A DNA stretch of 64,000 nt, taken from contig CAMTXH010000006.1 in the NCBI GenBank assembly GCA_947085655.1, positions 70,498 through 134,497 on the forward strand, in the 5' to 3' direction. Under the pieces are notes generated by a model that was not told the origin of the DNA, made no database searches, and saw only the letters and a list, made by a program, of their open reading frames with translations. This DNA is from an uncultured Omnitrophica bacterium (lineage in GTDB: Bacteria; Omnitrophota; Gorgyraeia; JACQQV01). Below, in pieces: positions 9,314-18,500 of the stretch (its first letter is position 1; the number at the start of each line of letters is the position of its first letter). The position numbers were made by a program, and so were the translations under genes.

Positions 9314-11805
9314 CCCTGCACCACAAGATTCACCAGTTTCTGGGGAACAATGATCCACTGTTTGACCCGTTTTCCGTTCAGCCACTTTTGAACAGCGCTC
9401 TCCCCCAAAATCTTCTTCTTCAGCTCATCTTCGGAGACGCCGGCGCTCACCTGGAGTTTCGCGCGAACTTTACCGTTTACCTGAACCACCAGTGTAAATT
9501 CCTCTGTTTCCAAGGCGGAAGGATCGTATTCCGGCCAGGGAGCCCGAAAAATACTTTCCTTGTGGCCCAGCAAAGACCAGAGCTCCTCAGCCAAATGAGG
9601 TACAAAAGGAGCAAGAAGATAGACCAAAATTTCGGAGGCCTCCCGAAGGAGGAGTTTTTCGTTTTTCGAAAGGGTCCTTGGGTCCTCTCCGAGAGTGCGG
9701 GCCATCTCATTGACCAGTTCCATGGTGGAAGCGATGGCGGTGTTGAATCGGAAAGAGCCCTCCATATCCTCTGTCACCTTTTTGAGTGTTGTGTGCACTT
9801 TCCGCCGGAGGACCTTCCCCTTTTCATCCGGTACCACCCGTTCCAAAGCGGACTCCTTCGGGGCGCCGCTCGCCGAAAGGGCTTTCAGAAGCCGCCAGAC
9901 CCGGTTTAAAAACCGGAAAGAACCCTCCACCGCCCGGTCATTCCACTCCGCATCCTTCTCGGGAGGGCCGATGAAAAGCGTGTAAAGACGGACCGTATCC
10001 ACACCGAACCGCTCGATTAGTTCGTCCGGACTGACCACATTTCCCTTCGACTTGGACATCTTCATCCCGTCTTTGATAATCATCCCCTGTGTAAAGAGCC
10101 GCTCAAACGGCTCGTCAAAGGAAAGATATTTCAGATCGTGAAGCACCTTTACGATGAAGCGGGAATAGAGAAGATGAAGAATCGCATGCTCCACTCCCCC
10201 GATATACTGGTCAACGGGAAGCCATCGGTTCACCACCTCTGGGTCAAACGGTCTTTTGCTCTCCTTGGGGGAAAGATACCGGAGAAAATACCAGCTTGAG
10301 TCCACAAAGGTGTCCATCGTATCGATTTCCCGACGGGCCCTGCCCCGACACCGGGGGCAGACTGCATTGACAAATTCCGGCACATCTTTCAAGGGAGACT
10401 CGCCGGTCGGTTTAAAAGAGACCTCTTCCGGCAATAGGACCGGGAGCTCTTTTTCCGGCACCGGGAGGATACCGCACCGGTCGCAATAGAGGATCGGGAT
10501 CGGCGCCCCCCAGTAACGCTGCCGGGAAATCAGCCAGTCCCGGAGCCGGTAGGCCGAGGCGCGGCGTCCGATTTTCCTTTTCTCCATGTCATCGGCGATC
10601 TTCTCCATCCCTTCACGGCTCGGAAGGCCGTTAAAAGGGCCGGAATGGACAAGGATTCCTTCCTCTATATAGGCCGCCTCAAGGCGGGAGGCCTCAAGCG
10701 GTTCCCGGGGGTTATCAATCACCACCTCGATCGGGAGGCGGTATTGTTTGGCAAATTCAAAGTCCCTCTGATCATGCGCCGGAACAGCCATCACCGCCCC
10801 GGTTCCGTACTCGAGGAGGACATAATTCGCCACCCAAAGGGGGATTTCCTTTCCTGTCATCGGGTTGGTGACGGTCCGTCCGGTGAAGATTCCCTCTTTC
10901 TTCGTCTCGAGGGCGGAACGCTCCTCCTTGTTCTGTCGAAGAACCCGTTCCACGAATGATTCGATCTCCTGCCGGTTGGGGGAGCGGGCAATCAGCGATT
11001 CGAGGCGGGGATGTTCAGGGGCCATGACCATGTAGGTTGCGCCGTAAATTGTATCAACCCGGGTGGTGAAGCATCTCAGCGGCTCCTCTTCCTTGATTGG
11101 AAAATCAATTTCCACGCCGGTACTCTTTCCGATCCAGTTCCGCTGCATGATCCGGACGCGCTCCGGCCAGTCGGTCAGCTTTTCCAAGTCCAGAAGCAGC
11201 CGATCAGCGTAATCGGTAATCTTGAAAAACCACTGTTCCAAAAATTTCTGGATGACCGGCGTTTCGCAACGTTCGCAGGCACCATTCACCACCTGCTCGT
11301 TGGCCAAAACGGTCTGGCAGGAAGAACACCAATTGGCCGCCGCCCGTTTTTTATAGGCGAGCCCCTTCTCAAAAAGTTTCAGAAAGATCCACTGGGTCCA
11401 TTTGTAGTAATCGGGCAGACAGGAGGTTACTTCCCTCCGCCAGTCATAGCAGACCCCCCACTGCCGGAGCTGCCGTTTCATGGTCGCAATATTGGCGAGG
11501 GTCGATTTCTTCGGATGAAGTCCCCCCTTGATGGCGGCATTTTCCGCCGGGAGCCCGAAGGCATCCCACCCGATCGGGGAAAGAACGTTGAAGCCCTTCA
11601 TCCGCTTGTACCGGGCCACGACATCCCCGATGATGTAATTGCGGCCGTGCCCGACATGGAGCATCGAGGATGGGTACGGGAACATCACGAGGCAATAATA
11701 CTTCCCCTCGGTTCGGGAGGTGTCCGTTTCAAACAGGCGCTCTTTCTCCCAAAACGCCTGCCATTTGGGTTCGATGGTCTGGTACGGATAGGTCTCTTCG
11801 GTCAT
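9310..11805 (-). CDS. leuS: Leucine--tRNA ligase
   Basis: FPYPS, HVGH (HIGH), KMSKS; start placed at MTEETYPY because the longer ORF would overlap the tRNA. Confidence 0.98.
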   Translation of the reverse strand: MTEETYPYQTIEPKWQAFWEKERLFETDTSRTEGKYYCLVMFPYPSSMLHVGHGRNYIIGDVVARYKRMKGFNVLSPIGWDAFGLPAENAAIKGGLHPKKSTLANIATMKRQLRQWGVCYDWRREVTSCLPDYYKWTQWIFLKLFEKGLAYKKRAAANWCSSCQTVLANEQVVNGACERCETPVIQKFLEQWFFKITDYADRLLLDLEKLTDWPERVRIMQRNWIGKSTGVEIDFPIKEEEPLRCFTTRVDTIYGATYMVMAPEHPRLESLIARSPNRQEIESFVERVLRQNKEERSALETKKEGIFTGRTVTNPMTGKEIPLWVANYVLLEYGTGAVMAVPAHDQRDFEFAKQYRLPIEVVIDNPREPLEASRLEAAYIEEGILVHSGPFNGLPSREGMEKIADDMEKRKIGRRASAYRLRDWLISRQRYWGAPIPILYCDRCGILPVPEKELPVLLPEEVSFKPTGESPLKDVPEFVNAVCPRCRGRARREIDTMDTFVDSSWYFLRYLSPKESKRPFDPEVVNRWLPVDQYIGGVEHAILHLLYSRFIVKVLHDLKYLSFDEPFERLFTQGMIIKDGMKMSKSKGNVVSPDELIERFGVDTVRLYTLFIGPPEKDAEWNDRAVEGSFRFLNRVWRLLKALSASGAPKESALERVVPDEKGKVLRRKVHTTLKKVTEDMEGSFRFNTAIASTMELVNEMARTLGEDPRTLSKNEKLLLREASEILVYLLAPFVPHLAEELWSLLGHKESIFRAPWPEYDPSALETEEFTLVVQVNGKVRAKLQVSAGVSEDELKKKILGESAVQKWLNGKRVKQWIIVPQKLVNLVVQG

Positions 11806-11810
11806 CTGGA

Positions 11811-11839
11811 TTGTCTTTCGGGAATCTTTACCGTATAAT
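11811..11839 (+). promoter_or_regulatory. Promoter of tRNA-Ala
   Basis: TTGTCT-17 nt-TATAAT. Confidence 0.65.
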
Positions 11840-11852
11840 AATATCCGATCGT

Positions 11853-11928
11853 GGGGCAGTGGTGCAGTTGGGAGCACACCTGAATGGCATTCAGGAGGTC
11901 AGGGGTTCGATCCCCCTCTGCTCCACCA
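11853..11928 (+). tRNA. tRNA-Ala(GGC)
   Basis: Cloverleaf GGGGCAG...CTGCTCC-ACCA, anticodon arm CCTGA-ATGGCAT-TCAGG, TTCGA T-loop, G3:U70 pair. Confidence 0.97.
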
Positions 11929-12119
11929 TTTTTTTCATTCCATCCCGCTTGGGGATCGAAGGGAGCCGCGCGCATCCTGTGGATGAAAAGTCCCGAGCGA
12001 ATAGCGAGGGACGTCAGCGCGGCGGGTGGCCGACCGAGCGCGGGTTCAGGGACCCGCGCGAGGCGCCGATCCCCCTCTGCTCCACCATTTTTTTCATTCC
12101 ATCCCGCTTGGGGATCGAA
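11908..12119 (+). mobile_element. tRNA-linked 106-nt element, copy 1, flanked by a 53-bp direct repeat that includes the tRNA-Ala 3' end
   Basis: 11908-11960 is identical to 12067-12119; core 11961-12066 recurs at 12411-12516. Confidence 0.8.
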
Positions 12120-12150
12120 CAATTTATCATAACATATTGGTGCATAAAAG

Positions 12151-12181
12151 AAAAGGAGCCGTATCAATCGGCTCCTTTTTT
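12151..12181 (+). terminator. Intrinsic terminator, probably bidirectional
   Basis: AAAAGGAGCCG-TATCAAT-CGGCTCCTTTTTT. Confidence 0.85.
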
Positions 12182-12250
12182 CGTTTTTATCATACACGAT
12201 AAAACTGATTTTGTCAATACCCAATTGAAATTTTTTGGTTTTTTTGCGAA

Positions 12251-12279
12251 TTGAAATCCTTTTTAAAGCACTCTATAAT
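12251..12279 (+). promoter_or_regulatory. Promoter of tRNA-Leu
   Basis: TTGAAA-17 nt-TATAAT. Confidence 0.75.
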
Positions 12280-12288
12280 ATGAAATAT

Positions 12289-12375
12289 GCCGAAGTGGCG
12301 GAATTGGTATACGCGCCGGTCTCAAAAACCGGTGGGGGCAACCCTGTGAGAGTTCGACCCTCTCCTTCGGCACCA
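12289..12375 (+). tRNA. tRNA-Leu(CAA)
   Basis: GCCGAAG...CTTCGGC-ACCA, anticodon arm CCGGT-CTCAAAA-ACCGG, long variable arm. Confidence 0.97.
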
Positions 12376-12400
12376 CTTCTCTGAATTGCTCCAACGTCTT

Positions 12401-12536
12401 GAGGGTCGAAGGGAGCCGCGCGCATCCTGTGGATGAAAAGTCCCGAGCGAATAGCGAGGGACGCCAGCGCGACGGGTGGCCGACCGAGCGCGGGTTCAGG
12501 GACCCGCGCGAGGCGCCGACCCTCTCCTTCGGCACC
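12401..12536 (+). mobile_element. tRNA-linked 106-nt element, copy 2, followed by a 20-bp duplicate of the tRNA-Leu 3' end
   Basis: Core 12411-12516 differs from copy 1 at 2 nt; 12517-12536 repeats 12355-12374. Confidence 0.8.
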
Positions 12537-12538
12537 CC

Positions 12539-15500
12539 TTAGACCTTGTTGAGGTAATCGACATACGCCTCGAAGTAATCCGGGATGACCGGGACAGGGT
12601 CCACATAAATCTTATGCGTGAGGATGGTGAGGAAGGATTTGATGTCTTCCAGGGCTTTCTGGGGATCAGCCGTGCTGACAAATTCGGCAGCCGTATTCAC
12701 CAAAAGAGGGGCAAGATTCAGATAACGGTCATCCCCACCTTTTCGGGGTTCGAAGACCACGAGACGGATACCGGGATTTGAAATTCTAAGGCGCTTCGCT
12801 CTAAGATATCGCTCCCACGCCTTCATCTGGTCCTCACTCGAGACAATGACCAGATTGGAATTTTCCCCAAGGCGTAGTTTAAGGTTGTCCTGAAGAAGGT
12901 TCACCCAGAGAAACTCTTCAATTTGAAATCGATACTGGAGGGGAGGATCATTCTGGTAACGCGCTGACTCTTTTGCATCACCGTAATTTTCCAGAATGTC
13001 ATAGGTGATGACGGCATAAAACTGGTCGCGCCGGAGATGGAACCTTGCCAAATAATTCTCTACCTCCTGCATGGTCACGGTGGGATCCTCGATTAAAAGG
13101 ACATGTTTGAAAACACTCTCTTCGTTATTGAGGGAGTTTCCGGTCTCCCGCGCAAGACGATCCAAAGCCCAAGAGAAACTCTCCCCCATATCCTCCTTTA
13201 ACAGGGAGGATGGAAAAACAAGAATAAACGCCTCTCCGGTTTCCTTTAATCTTTCGCTCGCTTCGCGCATGGCCGGACTGACAGGACGCCGATGGAGCGG
13301 TTCATACGTGGTAAGCCACTCCGGTGTTTTCGCTACATACCGCTCGGCACCGTCCCGAACCCGAATCGGCTCCGGCTGATAAACAACAAGGGCCCGGTTG
13401 TCTTTCCATTCCCTGTGGCTGGCCACTTCGGTCTCCTCCGACAGCCGGTCATTCCGGCGGCTGAGAATGAGCTTTGCTGGTTCGCCGTGGTCCGCCCATC
13501 CGGCTATCTGTTCGGCAAGCCACCGCCTCTGCCCATTGAGGTCGTATGCGATCCCGTCGTCTCCGGCAAGAACCACGCTCTGATCTCCTAAGGGGAGTTC
13601 TCCTTCCAGAAACCATGCTTCCTCGCGTAAATAGGGTCTTATTTTCCGGTCTCCGTAAGAATTGGTAAATCTCCATGAAGGATCCACCCCCTCTGCCCGT
13701 TCGAAGGCCTGGAGGGTTTCATGATAAATCCCTCCCTTTGAAAGGACAATGTTTCTCCCTTTCTCATCCAATGCAGAGTTCTGCTCGGGAGTGGTCAGCC
13801 GGATTTCCCCCTGATCCGCAATCATGAACCAGGCATCCCCTCTTCCGAATCCGGAGACTTTCCGCTGGTCCCCCTTCTTCCGGATAAAGGCAACGGCGGC
13901 GGTTGCGCCCGATTCCATTTGATCCGTCAGTTTCCGAAGTGCTCGATCCGTCGCCCGATGGACCTCCATCATATTTTCGCCATGTTCCCGAACGGCTGCT
14001 TCAAAAAGAGAGGGGAGTCTTTGCTTAATCAAATGCGCCGCCTGTTCGTCACGATGCCCATCGATCACAGCAATTAAATCTCCTTCAACCTTTCCCACCC
14101 TTACCGGATGAACAAGGACGCGACTCTCCTGCCCCTCCCGTCCCTTGCCGATATCGGCCACATAGCTGATCTTCCCGCCCGAGACGGCATCCGTCACCCC
14201 AAATTCGTGCTCCACATTCCAACTGTATCGCTCACCGTTAAAAAGCCAAAATCCGTTTACAAACCTGTGATTCTCCATCCGCCATCGGCCGTCCAGATTT
14301 TCCTCGAAAAGTTCGATTCCCTTTTGAAGTTGTGCCTCCGTATGAAGTTTGTGCCCGAGTTCCGGATGATGCGTATGTCCCGCTCGGACCATTGCCAGTT
14401 CTTCCTGTGCCTGCTCGAGCGCTTCTTGAATTTTCGCCTCCATCAAAAGGTCCACGTCCAGAGGGTTTTTGGTCGCACTCTTGGTTTTACTGAGAATATG
14501 CCTTAGCACCACCTCCAGTCGAAGGAGAACATCCCCAATAATATCATTTTCAGGGCCGGGACCGACTTTCCGGGTAAAGTGAATCAGACGCTCCCCTGCC
14601 TTAACCCGCTGTGCCACGATACTTCCAAAACCTAGATGGGTCTCTTTTCCGTCCTCTACCTCGAAAACGGTGTTTGTGCCGATAAAGGTCGTCTCAAGAA
14701 TGATTCTCCCGGTGGAATCGGGACGATCCAGGATCACCGTGGAGCCGCCCCCCCAGTTGGGGGCATTCGCCACTGTTTTGGTTTCTCCTTTAACCTTGAA
14801 GGTAATTGGGCGTGCAATGAGGTTCAACGCCCTACTGGCAAGGTGGTGGTTTGTGTAAAGTCCCGAGGCAATGACATTCACATGGAGTGCGCCGATACCC
14901 CGGTTGACCCCCGCCACCGAGTCGTCAAAATGGCTCCTAAAGACTGTTGCGTAGGGCTCAAGGAGATGATCTCTTCCGATATTGCTGAATCTTGAGAGAA
15001 AAAGACTCCCTTCCGTCCGATCCCCGATAAACGAATTTTCAACACGGCCCATCCGCAAGCGGACTTCGTCTCCGAGTTGTGAAACGTTCCTGTCGGTCGA
15101 ATCAATCCACATCCGGACAAGATTCTCTTTCTTTCCGATGGCCGCCTGCTTGATTCGGGAACCCCAGATAAAAGTTTCTTCACCGACTACCGTATCTATC
15201 AGATGGGAGCCGAAAATTTGCGCTCCTTTCCGGATAACCGTCTTTCCTTCCAAAATCACCTCCGGCCCGATGATCGCTTCTTCTTCAATTTCAACCTGAT
15301 CGCCGATAATTGCTGTCGGGTCGATATCGGCAATAGCACCGAATTCCTCAAGAGGATTGACTCTCCTTTCACCCTTCGTCGGCTCAAACGTCCCTGGAAG
15401 ATGCGCCTCCGTTAGGATCGGTTCATAGTCCGGCACCCGGTCCCGCGGGATTTTCGGATCGTTTTCAGGAAGGTCTTTGAAAAGAGTTTGGCGGTAATCC

Positions 15501-18500
15501 GATGCAGAAATGCCTTCCAATGAGGCGATTCTTTTTAGATCGAGCGCTTCATGAGTCCATGTGCCGTTCTCAAATTTCCAACGGGAGTCTTTTGTTCCAT
15601 TCTGATATCGCCACGCACCGCTATCGATATGGAGCCGATAGGCCTCCCGCCATTTTTCAAGGAGGGCGATCCGCTCAGGGTCCTGGTCATCCGTGAATTT
15701 TGCCCTTTCCTCTGCAAGCTCCGCCTCCACGAGTGCTTTCCCGGTTTCAAGCATCTCAACCGGAAAGTCGTCCACTTCCGGCTTTTTCTCATCGGGCAGA
15801 GCATCAATCATTTCCTGCATCAGGGCAAAGACTGTGTCGGGGCTTTCGGTAAAAAGGAAAGGAACAGAAGTCGCTTTCCGGCTCAAACCGAACTTTGCCG
15901 CACCCGGAAGTGCCACGCCCCAATCATCCCATGCCGGTTTCCGCCGAACAGGAGAGCCGATCATTGAAAAGGGAGTTGCATGCGTGAGATTCCGGTTGGC
16001 CATCAGTGTCAGGGGATCGGAAGAGGGTTGTCCTCCGGCAAGGGCGATCCACCGTAAATAAGGACCCAAAATTGAAAGAGGATCGACCAAGAGGTAACCA
16101 TGGGCGCTCGATTCCGAGCCGTCGATTCCCCTGATCCGGATAGGCGGCAAAAGCGTTTTCGGATCCCGCGGGACAATTTGAATCATTTCCTCTTCCTTAA
16201 ATTCTTCATAAAGACCGTGTTTATGCGCTTTGAGCGGATTCAAGGTGCCGAGGTAACTCGAATCAACCACGTTCCGTCCGATATGGGCAATCGCTGGAAG
16301 GTTAAAGGTTTTACGGAGATGGAATCTCCGTCCGTCAAAGCGGAGGGAGACGATTCGATTGCGATGGAGAACCGAATCGATAAAGGCTTGGGCATTGAGA
16401 CGGTAGCCATGGCCGAGCCATGCCTCGCTCACTTCAATCGGAAGTTCGTGGCTTCCTTCAATAGAAACGTCATCCTCCGTATGGACAAGGGTCATTTTTG
16501 TATGAAGGAGCCGGTTCTCTTTCCCGATTTCGCTATTTTGATAGACGCCGCTTTCAATTTCCGTCCTTAAGCCGACGGTTGTATTAACGAGTCTTGCGCC
16601 ATTCACCCGCGCTTCCGGACCGACCCGCGTCTGGCTACCGGAGACCGTATATTCCCTTTTTCCGGAGAAATCCTTCCGGTCGAAGGACCAGTCCTCAAAC
16701 TTTCCAGGTTTACCGGTCGTCTCCAAAACAGCGTGGGAGACAATAGCGCGGTCTCCGACCACGGCTCCCGAAACAAAACTCGAATCGACCGCGGAGTCAA
16801 CGCCGAGTTCCACGGCATGATCCTTTGTCGCCTGAATGTAACTTCTCCCGGTGATCCGGGCACCTTGCAAGATCACGATCAGCCCTTCCCGCGCATCAAA
16901 CACCACTTCATCCCCGATGGCTCCGGCCCGCTCCAGTCCGAAAATATTCCGCGGGTCACCCAAGATTTTGTAGGCCCCGTCTTTGGCGCTCCGCCGCAGT
17001 TCGCGAAGCTGTCTCCTCAAATCGCTCAACGCCGAAGCCAGTTCTTCGCCTCGCTCCGATCGTCTTTCATGGGGATTCAGCCGCGCAAAACTGCTTTCGT
17101 GGGAAGAAATGCTTCTCCTTAACTCCTTGATCCGGGTGTGGAGATACCGTTCGGCTTCATACCGCTTCGGTTTTTTGTATTTCCTTGGGCCGCGGTATCC
17201 CCCGTCCCGGGCTTCTCCGGTCAGTCCGTCGCGGGCATTGGCCACACGGAGGCGCAGATCATCCAACTCTCTGATCCGGTCAATGTTTCCGGCGTCCTTC
17301 TTCTCTTCCTCGATGAGTTGACCGGCCTCACCGAACAATTGCTTTCGTTCATCTCGGATGGCGCTCAGCCGGTTCTGCGCGACACCCCCTTTTTCTTCTC
17401 TTGCGAGTTCCTCCAAAGAGGTGATAATTGCCTCAACGCGGGCAACGCGATTCCCGCCATCCTCAGCGTCCGGCGTTAAGTCATACCGTTCGTTTATCAA
17501 CTCCATAATTTCTTCCTGAATATCCCAAAGGCGCTTTTCAATCTCCGGGGTTATCTCTTTTGACCTGAGTTCTTCGCCCTCCAACTCCAATGCTCTTATA
17601 CGTGTGTTGATGTTGCGAATCTCGCGCATCCGGCTGCCCCCCTCCGGCGCTGTAAGGGTGCCTGCGGAAGGATCCCAGTGAGTGAGGTTTGCAAAGTGAA
17701 TCTCCTCTCCCTCCCCGAATTCTTCGGTCTCATGGTCGTCCCCCAGGAAGTAATGGCCTTCGGGAATCAGAGGTTTCTTCCGGTAAACCGTGTGCAAAAC
17801 GCCGGTAATGAGGCCGTTTTCGTCCGCTTCCGGCTCTGCGCCGATCACCTCCCGGACTTCGACTCCCAATGCCTTGAGACTTTCCCGAATATCCTCTCTT
17901 TCAAAGAAAAGGCGCGCTGCCGGCGCAAAACTTCTGGTCAAAATGGTGAGCCGGACCTGCTCATGTCCCCCTCTCCGTTTGAAGGCCTTCACCCACTCCA
18001 CAAATCTTGGATTCAGGGAATACCTTTTGGACATCTCTTCAAAATCATCCGTCCTGAGGAGTCTCGCATACATATTGAGATACGCCTGCCAACTGGCTTC
18101 GCCCGGATTCTCCCTGACTTCGTCGAGTCTCCGGCGGTGTTCTTCATCCACCCACGCCGGGTCGACCCCGGTCTTCTTCACCCATTCCCGGTAAGGGATC
18201 TCCTCGGAAACCACCGTCCCCTCAAAGTCGGCAAAGATATCGTTTTCGGCATAAACTCTTTCGGAGCCATCAAAGGCATTCTCCCTTTCTCCCAAAAACT
18301 CGACCCGGAAGGCCTCTGCCCAAGGAGGATGGAAAGGGGGGATTTTTCCCTTTCCTCCCTTTTCCCCTTCACCTCGCATGACGATTTCCATACCGATACT
18401 CGCCATCTGTCTGGCACGGTAACGGGCCGCCTTTGCTCTCTTTTCGATCTCTGGATCGCCGCTTCTTACTTCAAGCGCCGTCTCAAACGGATAAATGGCG

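Noticed and set aside
12067-12087. Extra tRNA genes at the duplicated 3' ends (also 12517-12536)
   Set aside because: Only the half T-arm and acceptor strand are present, with no D or anticodon arm.
11670-12535. ORFs over the tRNA region (194, 140, 82 and 90 aa), some with repeated peptide segments
   Set aside because: They are translations of the tRNAs and the non-coding repeat, with no RBS or protein features.
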